Source: Lama glama (lineage: Eukaryota). From it: 64,000 nucleotides of DNA. The notes beneath the pieces were generated by a model. It was given only the letters and a program-made list of their open reading frames with translations, did not search any database and had not been told where the DNA came from. Below, piece by piece: positions 1-12,339 of the stretch (its first letter is position 1; every line of letters begins with the position of its first letter). Position numbers and translations under genes: made by a program. The stretch lies in assembly GCA_028534125.1 (NCBI GenBank), contig CM052816.1:51400001-51464000 (forward strand), written 5' to 3'.

Positions 1-1408
1 GGAGACAGATCCACCGACTTGGAGAAAAGACTGACACAAACCAGAGTCATAGCTGGAGGACCGTTGGACATGGAAATTCCCACACCAGGTTCCTGAGCAC
101 AGAGATTTATGTCATATTTAAATCTCCAAAGTTGAAAGGGTTCAGAAAATTGTAGGAAAGTAAATACACTGTTTAGCTACTAGGTGGGTGGTCATCACAT
201 ATGTAACATATCTAAGAATTTAAGGCAGAACAGCTTGAACACTTTTATATCTAATTCCCAATAATAGTTCCAAGCTGGGTTAATATTGTTTATTAACAAA
301 ACCAAGGCTTCTTCTTTCCCCCTAAAAGAAGGCAGTTAGCCCTTCAATGTAAATCTGTATTTTAAAAAAAAGTTTTGTTTCCAAAAATCATAAGCAAGGG
401 AGCCAGATTTTTTTTTTTTCTAATTCAGGATTCTTTGTTTCCATATGTAAACAGAAAGAGATGCCCAGTCTGGTTTTCGGAAAGCAAGTTGAGTTTGCAG
501 AATAGGCAGTTAGAAAAATCTCATTTGTACCTTCATATACAGCAAATTTGGGGGAAAAAGCACAAGTGGACCAAAAAACACATTGAACCCTAAATGTAAT
601 TGTGATGACTCTGACTATAGCCACAGCCAAAAGATACTCTAAACTTTAAAGCCACAGTTTAGTTGATAGCTTCTATGACTCTCTACAAGTCATAGTGTAA
701 ATGGTCATTTAGAGCATTATTTATTGAATTCCCACATTCACAATGAACTGGAACTATTTTACACATTCCACTTTTTAAAAGTCACTAAAAATTCTTTGGG
801 TCACAGGAGTAAAATTAAATATCCTGCCATGGATAATGGTAACTGAAATTGCAATCTGTGGTCCTGGGTGTAAAGCTTAGCTTCACTCCAAAGAATTTCC
901 AAATAAAATAACTTCAAATGATAAACTTTAAAAAAAAATCCCTTATGGACAAAGAAATTCCATAACAACTTTAGAAAAAAGTACACTTTAATGCAGTATT
1001 AAAATGTTATAAATATTTTTTATCCATAAAACTACAATTATTATCATGGGTTTACTAACCCATTTAGGATTTTAGAATCTTTACTGTCTAATCTTAGCAT
1101 ACTGTACTTTTTGGCTAAACACATAAACTCATTATAATATCAACACAGAATTTTTTTTACAGCAGCAGCAGCACTTCTAAACATGTAAAAACATGTCACA
1201 GATTATAAAACAGCAATTGATTTCAAGTGCAGTCAAAGTAATCTCAGATTAAAGCTGGCATCAACTTCTAATAAGCACATTCACCTATCAAACAGCACTA
1301 GAGACTGGACTGGTTAATAAAAACAAAGGAAAACAAGGAGGACACCAGGAGCATAGTATTATATGCGCATTTTTTATACACACACACATACATAGGAAAA
1401 GAATTTAT

Positions 1409-1435
1409 ACACACACACACACACACACACACACA
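1409..1435. repeat. (AC)n microsatellite
   Basis: Uninterrupted AC run, ~13 units. Confidence 0.95.
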
Positions 1436-2777
1436 TTTTTCTAATAGACAGAAAATCCCAACCAACCCTATGGGAAGCAGGAACATCTCTATCTTTCTCT
1501 CTTAGAACTGCTTTCATTTTGACCCAAATTTTCTTGCTTACTTGAAATGATTTTACCTTTCTCATTATAAATTCATTTGAAGTAGAACTGTAGAATCTTG
1601 AAATTTAGAGCATCAAAATTATTTATCTTAAGGGAATGGATTCTTCCATTAATTAATTTTATATACTCTTTCTCTTCTTTTGTCGCTCATTTGCTGTTAA
1701 ATTTTTGCAAATTTAGTCTAATGTCAACCAGTGATCTGCCTGGGAAACCTGCCTTAGCAGGCAGATGTCCAGATCAAAAAATAGACTATTTTTATGAAAG
1801 AAATAATATACAAATGTTTACACATCATACAAAATAAGGTTGAAATGGGTGGGGCCACTTGATTGACATCCATTTGTCACTTTCATTGGAAAATCTGATG
1901 GGCAGCTTCCAACATGCTTAGACAAATTTAGATGAATGGAGGCGCTGACTAATGATGCCATTATCTATATACCAAATATAAATGAGGGCCTAAAATTCCT
2001 GAGTCATTCACGTGAGCTACTATAATGACAGAGGAGGGGAATTTAGAAAAATAGAAACAAAATAAAACAGGTAGAATATCAATAAAAGGAAATAACATTC
2101 AGATTTGTAAAAAGATAAAAAATGCTTAGTTTTGGGGAAGAGATCCAGTGAAGTCCAGTAAAGAGGGCCAAGTCTCATGAATTGCAAAAATTGCATTATG
2201 TACAATCTTTTTAGCAATAAAATTATTTTAACCATCAGTAACTAAGGGTTGCTATTTTAGGAGAATGAAGTCAATACGTTTGTTTTCCTGAGGCAGGCAG
2301 GGGCAGTATTGTGCTATTCATGAACTTCATTAATATTCATTAATTTCAAAAGCAGTTTGGTTAGCTTTGGCCATTATGTATACAGATATTTTGCCTTTAA
2401 ATAAAAATAATTACAAGAACTTCATTATTTAAAAATGTAATTAGCATGAAATTCAAAACCTGCATTTTCACTAGCGGACTTTGTTCATTGAAGGGTGTAT
2501 ATTTTTCAAAAGGGTCTGTTTTAATTGAATTCCTGGGGTAAAATTCTAAAAATCATAGAGACTAAAATAACCTAAATGTAACCAAAAGTAAACTGAAAAA
2601 TACTTTTTTTTAGATGTTCGAATTAATTTCCACTTTAAAGAATACCATGGTTGACCCAATTAGCTCTGCAAATGAATTCAGTTGTTTGACATTCTTTAGC
2701 ATTTCTCAGTAGACTATTTTCACCCGTCCACCACCTTAGATCCCCAAAGATCCTAGTGCACATTTAGTGATATTTAC

Positions 2778-2820
2778 CTTATGAAGTAACTAAATCCAGA
2801 TGAGCATAGAGCTCACATCA
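2778..2820 (-). other. Probable internal 5'-UTR exon (43 nt) of the unidentified minus-strand gene
   Basis: Minus strand reads caatttctttttttacAG|TGATGTGAGCTCTATGCTCATCTGGATTTAGTTACTTCATAAG|GTaaat. Strong acceptor plus AAG|GTAAAT donor, ~2.05 kb downstream of the CpG-island donor, in repeat-free sequence. Confidence 0.6.
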
Positions 2821-4454
2821 CTGTAAAAAAGAAATTGTTTCCTCATGCTTGCCACTCCCATTCAGGGACTAGAAACTGAAAACTCTGAAAATTATCCTTG
2901 TGCAACTAGGAAATTGTGGACAGAAATGCAAAATAGTTTTATTTGTATATAAGCCCAGCCATAGAAACCATACAAAATCTTGCTCTACAAAAGTCCTCCA
3001 GCCTTTGTAAATCAGGCTTTTTACACCATGACAGATTAACAACCAGGGCAAAAAATTCATGCACGTGGAGTTGGAAATGGAATCCTCCACATGTCCTTCT
3101 TGATTCATGTCCACACGGAGGTACAACAATGTTGAGTAGTACTTTGTGGATTATAAGAAAATAAATAAATAAAAATTAAAATACACCTGAAGAAAAGAAG
3201 TCTGAAGAATTCAGGGAAATTTTTGAGGCATGGCCAACGGGAAAATTCACTGTAGTGAATAGCTAAACTTCCAAGAAAATACACTTCTTTGTGTGGGGTT
3301 TTTTTTTTTTTTAAAGAACTGCCTGCTCTATAACTGTATTTGCATCTGTTTGATTTGTTTGTCAAAAGTAACTTCAAGTGCCAGAGAAACACCTCAGCTG
3401 CGTTTTCTTTAAATTTTATTTTTAGTTTTTTGTTTTTGTTTCATGTTTAAGGTAAGCTAACCCCTTGAGACTAGCACAACTTCCCTGTTTAGGGTAGTTT
3501 GAAAAATAGGAGAAAGCATTATTGCTTCTTGTTATCAAAGATACATGACTGTAGCTGTAATTTTTCTTAAAACATGGTTAATAAAAGCTGACCACCAAGA
3601 GGAGTAATTCCAGTACCTGGCCCCTAAATGGATTAATCAGCCTCCCCATTCCCCACAATATCACCTTGGGAAAATGGGTAATATCTCTTCAGAGAGATTT
3701 ATTCACTCTGACTTATTTTTGAAGAGCACAGAATTTTGCTGCGTCCAGAAGTGGATAGATTTCCAGTTCCAGGGAACAGGCTTCGGGTTGCCCACTTTAG
3801 GGATACTGAACCCTCTCAGCTGCCCAAATCCGAATTGACATTACTTGGGGATACTGCAACCCTCTCCGTCTCCCAGGTCTGAATGCAGTATGTGTCTCCC
3901 AAACTAGGCACAAAGTTAGTATCAGTGTCTGAGTTTCCAGCTCCTTCAAAAAACCTGTGGCCCCAAGTGGCACTAACTCATGAATGCCTCGGGTCACAAC
4001 TCAGCCACTCAGGCCTTGTCCTTTCCAGCTAGTCGGAGCATGATTGAACGTGTGCGAATAAAAGTACGGGGTGGAAAGGGTTAACAGAATCCTCCTCTTG
4101 CTCCCCCTCCCTCGCCCCCACCCCACGCGGAAACCGGGAGTATCTCAGCAGGGGAGCAACTGCAAACCACCGATACCTTAACTGGGTAGCAGCAACTTGA
4201 ACTAAACCTGGAGACCTGACTTAGGGAAGGCAGTCAGTTAAGTTTAGACCGAATGGTTTAATCAAGGTATCAGAACAGACCTATCAAAGGCAGAAAAGGT
4301 GGTATATCCCTGCCCTCAAATCTCAAGGATTTCTTTTATGTTGTACTTGAAGCCTCAAAAAAACATTTTATGACCCTAATGCCCTTTATTCCGAAAGATG
4401 CCGAGAGGTGTCTGTAGAATTGTCCTGCAGGAGTGCAGAAAACGCAGTGGGTGT

Positions 4455-5250
4455 TTAGAAAGCACCCCCGCGCCGGCAGTGCCTGGCCACCGCTTCCAGG
4501 TAACCTTTGCGGCGGGGTCGGGGCCGCAAGGCAATAACCTTCGCCCCAGTCCGTGCATCCTCCACACCAGCGGCAGCCAACAGGCAGCAAGACCAATTCG
4601 CCGACTCCGGCCCCAGCCCTCTCCCCACTACCTCTCGCCCAGCCCCAACCTCCTGCACGCCCTCCTCGGGCCCTTCCCCACTCCCTACCCGGGAGCCGTC
4701 CCTAATCTTCCCCAGAAACCCACCAGCGCTCTCAGCGCCCACCAGCAAAATCCTAACAGCCCCAGCCTTCCAGGAAAGAAAAAAAAAAAAAAGACCATGA
4801 CATCACGGGCAGGTTTATTTGGGTTTGTTTGTTTGCTTGTTGGCTCGATTAAATACTCGTGGAAGGTGAACGTACCCCACACAGGAGAAGTTTGATGTTG
4901 ACAAACTTCTGGTGGCAGCGAGACTGTGTCAGCACAACTTCCGGGATAATGAGAGCTGCTTTGCAGGGAGCGCGGCAGCGGCGGCGGGAGGCGGCCGCAG
5001 GACGGAACAGCAAATGCTATTCAGCCCGAGCAGTTTCAAGCCGCCCGAGCTGGGGAATTACTGTAGTCGAGCTACGGCTCTTACCACCGGCGCTGGATCT
5101 GGGCGCGCGTTAGGGGGGGAAGCTGCAGGCACAGGGCTCCGAGAGGGGAGCTTTCAAGTTACTTTGCTCCATCCCTGTACCCGGCAGAGGCTGGCAGGCT
5201 TCGTGGTAACTGCCAACATCTTGTTCCCTGCTCCTTTGGGCGGCCGCCCT
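4455..5250. promoter_or_regulatory. CpG island / promoter
   Basis: The only CpG-dense, GC-rich segment in the window (gcggcagcggcggcgggaggcggccgc, gggcgcgcg). Contains GC-box-like CCGCCC motifs and an ETS core ACTTCCGG at ~4937-4944. Confidence 0.85.
4876..5020 (-). other. Probable non-coding first exon (TSS position approximate)
   Basis: Minus-strand donor GGG|GTACGT (plus-strand acgtac 4870-4875) inside the CpG island; orientation agrees with the 2778-2820 exon. Confidence 0.55.
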
Positions 5251-7049
5251 GGAACCAACCAACTTTTCTCTCCCCCAAAACTCCCTCTTTGTTTCAAATA
5301 GGACTCTCCAAAATTTATTCTTGGGAAGACTGACAGCCGGGGTCAAGAAACAGCTGTTGAAGTTAATGTTTCTTCCTCCCACTTCGTCTGATGGTTGTGC
5401 CCTGCCAAGACAAAGTGAGAGGCACTGCCTGGTGGCTTCTTTAAACAGACAAGCATTTAGCCAAAAAAAAAAAAAAAAAAAAAAAGGTGGGGGTGAGGGG
5501 GGATATTTTCCTGCTTAACATACAATCTGATCAGAAATGCAACAGCATGTGCCTTTCAACTTGTGCTGATTACTTGCTGAAAAAGATGCTGCAGCTTATA
5601 GTTTTGAACACTTTGAGCATTGGGGGCAGGGATGGCGGGAGAGGTGGTTGACACTTTCCATGTTTTGGTAAATTTGGTAAAAATTTTTAAACCTTCCTCC
5701 CTCTGACCCACCTCTCCCTGTCTAAGAAGGATAGAATGGCCTGGGAAAGGGAGAAAAGAGTTGCATTCCTTTGCAAGGCTTAATTCACATTTCAAAATTC
5801 AAATCATTATGCAGAACAAGGGCTTGCCTAGAGCTAGGCAAATTGTTTTTATTTGGATACCTAGGCTAATCTGGACCTTGCTGCCAGCTCTAGGTAGTTC
5901 TCGGTGGCTTTCTCCAGATTAGGCCTGTCTCCTCTCCTCTTCCCCAACCCATCTCGCTTGCCCAGAGGGCATACTCTGGAGAAAGGTACTTTTTTTTCTG
6001 CTGCTTTCTCTGGGGTGAAGGTTGATTTTTAGCACAGCCCTTCCTCTGTTCACTCCGCTTTTTAGGGTTGGTTGTCTGCCTGAGCCTCCATACACCCCCC
6101 CAGCCCTCCGCAGGTGGCCAGCCTCTGTAGTGAGAGTGGGCAATTAGGAATTAATCCTTCCACCTCTGAGAGCTTAACGGCTCTTCCAAATGACCCATTC
6201 TCCTCTGGGAACTCTCCACTCACTTGGCCTCTCTCAGACACAGTCATATGAAGACATAAAAGGCCTTCCTACTCCACCACCAGGCTATCCTGTCACCGCA
6301 TCGCAATGCAGTGCCATCACAAAGTGATATTGCATCAGACCCAAGGATATTTTAGGAAGCTCTCAAGCTGGGTCCAACCAGCCTTCAGTGCAGGCATCAA
6401 GACCACACTGCCAAAATGAGGGCTGCAGAGCTGCTGGACAGGTGGCAGTGATGCCCTCTCTATTCTCAGCTCCATTACCCACTTGCTCCCTCCCCATCTC
6501 CCCCCACCCACGAAACCAGTCAGATACACTCAATGGCTCCCCTATCCTTCTTTGCCTAGTTCCCAGATGCCACCACCTTTGTTTTCCCTTGTGTCTCAAA
6601 GTGTTCCAGTTCACCTTCTGATGTATTTCCTGTTTTTTTGCCTATCGTGGTCACTCACTGAGACCTTAATTAGCATTTATTCTTATTAACTGTAAATCAT
6701 CTGAATTGCACTTGGAGTTGTGCTGGCTGCCACATACACAGCGTCCAACTTGTGTGTCTGCAGACCTCCTCGACTTGTTTGACTTGGGTGAACTTTTATC
6801 ATCCTCCCAGATTGTGGATCGCCCAGGATGGCAGGAGCCAAGAATCAGCGCACCACCCTCAGCAAGTGTCCCTTCTCAGAGTCCTGCTAATGCAGCCCAG
6901 CTGCCAATTGACTTAAATTCCTTCCGCTTTATTGTTCTCTGTCCTTAGAGAGGCCAGTGCTCAGCATCTCTCAGGGCTGTGAGGCAGACCTCCGTTGATA
7001 CTAGAGTTGTAATTGCCTACTACTGGCTCCTGCAGTTTTATTACGGCCT

Positions 7050-7051
<2 letters not shown>

Positions 7052-7087
<36 letters not shown>
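7052..7087. repeat. Poly(T) tract (T36)
   Basis: Homopolymer run. Confidence 0.95.
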
Positions 7088-7088
<1 letters not shown>

Positions 7089-10000
7089 GTAAGATTGACA
7101 GACAGAAACCTCCAGCGTGGAGGCCTGCAGCAGCACCCTTAAAGGCTTCTTTGTGTGGAATGTAACCTTAGGGCAAAGTCAGTCCAGCTCCAGGAAAGGC
7201 ACATTATCCTGCTACAGGGAAGTACTGTGCTGGGATAAACCTCAGGATTTCTCTTTCTGGCTGGCTACCTGGGATCCTCCCACAGACAATGTTTTCTTCT
7301 TCTAAGTAGAATTTTTTTTGTGGGGGAACTTTGGTGGATTGGAAACACTCTTAAGAGGAGACCTGTAGTGGCTGTCCAGGGAACTCTACATGCACTCAGG
7401 GGAATCAGGTGTCCTTCCTTCAGTGAGTAGGTCTCTAAATGCAACCATTCATGAAGCCTGCAAAGTGCTGGCCAGGTCAGGGTGCTCTCTGGTAGGGTAG
7501 CTCCTCTTGGAGCTAATGCTGCCCTTCCCAATGCCTTGCTATCACTTAGAGGATCTGGTCTATTTATGCCCAGGAGCTCGGTTAGACAAATTACTCAAAA
7601 AACAAGGGTGAAAAGATACAGAATCTTAATTTATCATGCAGGATTAAAGTCAGATTTAAATCAGGTAGAATTATTAAGAGTTTAGAGCAAGTGTCTTTTT
7701 CCAAAGAAAAAAAAGGACCTAAAGAATCCTCTTTGTTAAAGGGTAGTGAGGTCAGGAATGTAGCATCTTATGTTTGAAGGGCTTTTTTCTCTCTGCCTTT
7801 TAAATGTTCACTTAAATTTCAATCCGTCAAATAGAATAGTAACAGGAAATTCAGATGTACATGATTAGGCCTTAACTGTTCCATATAGATAAATGCAAAA
7901 AAGGACAGATAGAGGTATGAGCTTGTCATGACAGAGGACTGACTCCCTGTAGGAACTGGGTCTGTGCTTGGACGAAGGGCCAGGTGGGTTATGAGTGGTT
8001 AGAGAAGATGAATTTGGAATCATAGATAAAAAAGACACAAGTACAATTCACATGGAATCCTGTTGAGATGAGGGCATTCAGTCCTATAGTTCCAGGAGCT
8101 GGAGTTAATAGCATATAGAGATTAATACATGCTTTTAGTCAATGTTTTTGAAAAATGTGTTCTCACAGGGTCAAGAACATGGATAGTGAAGGAAATGGAA
8201 ACAAGGTGATATCTTCACATAGTATTGGAGATTACAGAATATGGACAGAAATAAAAATACACATGCAATTATTTCCCCCCTTCCCTTTCATTCTAAATCT
8301 AGACAAGAGTTTAAAAGTCCCCGTGTTGTTTCTCCTCTAGCTTCTCTTCCAGTTATCCCATCCACACTCCAGTTCTGGTTTTGGGCAGAACTGCAATTGT
8401 CCTTTGTAGGGAATTGCGTGAACTCCTGTGCTGGTTTTCTAATGTGGGAAAATGTCGACTAGGGAGGTGAAGACCACCAAACTCGTTTCATTATGACCCA
8501 AGGTACACTAAATCCAGCCCTTCATGGTGGGCGACTGGCCCAGCACACTCTTCCTCTACAGGGCTCGTTAAAGTGTTATTTACATTTTACAGTATGGTCT
8601 CAATCCAAAAGTTGGGATTTTATCTTGGCAAATGGAAAAAGAATACTCTTATGATATCTGGGCCTGCAGAGTTTTAACTTCTACTATGGACCTGCTGATG
8701 ACTTGCAAAATAAGGTCGAATCATTTTAGAATGAGACCTTCCCATTTCAGTTAAGAGAAGTTGGCAGGAAGTAAAGAACAGATGAAAAACCCGTGGTCAC
8801 AAACTTGAACTTATCAGACAAATAGATTTTAACTTTTGCCTTCCTCTTAAAAGTGAATTTATAGTTTGCCAAAAGTACAAAATCAACAACTCTGAATAAA
8901 GCGTGTTTCATACTTTGGTCCTGAACCTACAGCAAAAGTGAATGATTCTTTATAACTATGCCTGGATCGCCTTGCCTTAGAATTGTCATTCATATGACCA
9001 GAATTATTCCAGATCAAAAACAATATCATTAATCTTAGTCACTTTTGGGGAAGCAAACTGTCTGGATTCTTACCTCAACCAGCCAAATTAAATTAACATT
9101 TTAATGATATGTTTCTGGCATTGTTCATGCTTCATAAAGAGTAACTCACTTTATTTGACTCAAAGCAACAAGGCTAAACAAGTGATTCTAAAAAATGGAT
9201 CATTTCCAGGTCTGGAAATTAAGTTTCCTTGAGTTCTTTGGAGGCAGCAGATTCTTCAGAATCTTCAAGTCCAACTGTATGATGCCACCACCTTCCCAAG
9301 GCAACTATTAAGAATTGCAGCTAGAACGAGCTATGAGAATTTTTTTTTTCAAAAAAAGAGGCTGTCTCTCAAATGGCAATAGGCCAAACATCTAAGACCT
9401 CTGGAGATGCTTGACATCTTGCCAGGTGCCATCATAATCAAGTCCTGGATAGGATATTCTCGTTTGAGTTTCACTGACTACCAGTAAGGGGCACGTGCAG
9501 AATAATAAGTAATTCAAGTTTTAGTACTCCAGTTGGAACCTAACATGCTTAATAACATTCCCTGGAAGTGGTATGGGGAATGTGTATCAGCTGTGGCATC
9601 AGTTCTTCACCTGTCAACAGCCTGATGATATCCGGCTAGGAGCCACCTTAATTCTGTGGCTTATAAAATCCTAAGATCATTGTGATTACTATATGGGACT
9701 CTCAGCTGCAAGAAGTGAGCCCTTTCTCAGCAGCAAATAGTGAACAACAAGGGCAACCACAGAGGATTTTTTAAAAGCAAAATTTAAGAGAAAGTAGCCA
9801 CCCAAGAGTGCTTTTGTTACCCAACAGTCATCTCAGACCCTAGCTGTTACACAGTACATTTACTTTCAAAAGGTATTTGCCCCGCAAAGATCATAGTAAT
9901 ATAATGTTTTCTTTCTTTTTTTCCTAACCAACAGTTGAAACCAGAAGGTGTCTTCCCACATCTGTTCAAAGAAGTCATATGCCAGTCTGCGGAGAAATAC

Positions 10001-11444
10001 ACAGGGAGTCTTCAAATTTAAAAGTTTATCGAGAGTGCTTTAACGTCATGCATCTAATCATAATCTAGATGTAAGTATAATCATGGAATTACTAAATATA
10101 ATCATGCCAGGTCATAAATGCCATCACTCTTGGCGCTACACTAGCAGTTGACTTTCTTTTCAGGGCCATTTTTCACAAACAAAGTTATTTTCTCTTGGCA
10201 GGATTTATTGCAGATGCGACAATTAGAGAGAACCATAAGACCTCACTTAAGATGTGAATACCAGGTGCAGGTTGGGCCCACTCACTAATAAAGTTGATTT
10301 GTTCTGAGATAGTCATGTTTGGGATTCTGATGCTTGCCTCAGCAAAACTGCAAATTATTATTTTTCATAGACCTTTGAGGTTGTCCATAAGTCATTGCAA
10401 TGTTCAATGCCAAGTCCTCACATTCTCAGAGATAATGAGGGCAAAGAAAGAGAGAAAGAATGTGTAGCTCATTATCCGCAAGTTATTTTCCTCTAGTCCA
10501 GAATATTGAGAATATTTTTTAGAAATTTTTCGAGGCAATGACTCCCAGCCATTTTCCATAAAAAAGGGTATTTTTGCATTTCGCCTACTATATCCCAAGA
10601 GTGGATGTAAGAAGCAGTTTGTTTTTACTCTGCAACAAGGGAAGTGACCTAAATAATTTGCCTTGCATTTCATAATGACCACAGTAGTGAACTAAAACCC
10701 TTTTTTCCCCTATATTTGGTTCTTCCATGATACAATTTTGCAAGCTACTGCATACAAACTTTGCCTGAAAGATCACACGATTTTTTTTCTTTTAAAACTG
10801 TACACTTTTTTAAAGTTTGTAACTCTTCTGAAATGGGTCATAAATCCAAACTAAACTCTAATGATAGTTAAGTCATACTTGCCTTGTATCTCAAAGAGTT
10901 ATAAAGAACCAGTTGGTATAATGAAGGGGTAGCTATCATGGCACACTGTATTACCCCTGTAGGTGATGTTATGTAGTGCATATAAAGCACTTTCATCCTA
11001 GATATTGAATATGTCATTCAAAATGAGTCTGTCACTGAAGTGTCTCAACAGCAACTGCTTAAAGAGTGATTTTCGTTACCACTGAGTTCAGAACCCAGAG
11101 CACTTCTGATTATCCACTGCTTATGCAGAATATAGGCAGAAGAGAAAGTGTTACTCTTAATGTGCTTCAACTCTGCCCTAAAGGGATTATTTCCAGGAGT
11201 GGAAAGGAAGTCCAAGTCTATAGAAATCCTGGCAAACTCTCATCCAGAAAGACGATAGATATTTCATGGATCTGGCTCTTGTTTGTCAGGAGGTGTTACT
11301 TTTCTCAAAATTCCATTCATGTCTCTGGTTTCCTCTTTTCTCCTAAGGTAAACATCATAGTAAATATATGCAGATTAGTGCCATGCCCAACATTTCTTCC
11401 TTCCAGGTGATGATCAGCCTATAATCTGCAATGAGGAAGGAGTG

Positions 11445-11600
11445 GGTCACAGAAATTAAGGGTGCAGGCTCTGCTGTCACTAGCACTGGGTTCAAATCCT
11501 GATTCTGTTGAAGCAACAGTGTAACCCAGAGTCAGTCTTAAGTTCCTCATTCATAAAATGGAGTAGAAGGGTAGGAAAAAAAAATACATACCTCACTGTT
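11445..11600 (+). mobile_element. MIR SINE fragment
   Basis: gggttcaaatcctgattctg ... agttcctcattcataaaatggag matches the MIR core. Confidence 0.7.
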
Positions 11601-11949
11601 GACCATCTCACTTCATTAGTATCCGCATCAAAGGCCCCCTGAAGCTCTCATAAGGTTGGAATGGAGCTCTAACTGGCCTTGGGACCAGTCTGTGAACTTT
11701 CCTCCCCATGGAGTCTAAGGGGTTGCATTTCTCTCTAAAAGCTGATATCTTACACTCAGTGTAATATCTTACACTATCATCTAATGCTTGACCCATAAAT
11801 ACCTAAGTAAGGACAAAGACTCAGAAATCAGAGAAATCAACTTCTCTGTTGTCCCATCACACAGCTGTACGCTGTTGCTCAGACTATGGCCACTGATGAC
11901 CAAGTGCTGTTGCCAGCCTCATTCACTGAGGAGCTTATCCTCTCAACGA

Positions 11950-12065
11950 GGCTGTGAGCTTTCTGAGGAAAGACTAGCAGTCTCACAGAATCTTGTATTC
12001 CTCTGAGCACTTAGTGTGACACAGTACCTTGAAAATAACAGAGTCTCAGTAAATATTTGTGACTT
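11950..12065 (+). mobile_element. L2 LINE 3' end
   Basis: ctgtgagctttctgagg ... acacagtaccttg ... ctcagtaaatatttg resembles the L2 3' terminus. Confidence 0.6.
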
Positions 12066-12339
12066 GGTTATTTTGAGAGAGTTCTGGGGTGTTTATAACA
12101 AAACAGGTTCGTACTGAAGAATCCTATTACACCCTTTCAAACTGGGTGAATAAAAGCTCTAGGAGAACCCTATTTGGACACTAATGTAGTAATGGCCCAT
12201 TTCTCTTTTCTTTTTATTATTGTTTTTAAATTCTTGCCCTAACTCAGCTATACTAGTTAAAAATGTTCTTAATTGGCTTTTATCTTATTTGAAAGTCTAA
12301 TAAACACTTACTAAAAATAAGGCTACCTAGGTGGGCGTT

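Noticed and set aside
2778..5250. Assigning a gene symbol to the minus-strand gene
   Set aside because: No coding exon is visible in the window and I do not recognise the UTR sequence; any name would be a guess.
4398..5301. Longest real ORFs (165 aa at 4398-4895, 129 aa at 4912-5301) as protein-coding genes
   Set aside because: They lie in the GC-rich island where stops are scarce, have low-complexity Pro/Ala/Lys content, cross a poly(A) run and show no recognisable domain.
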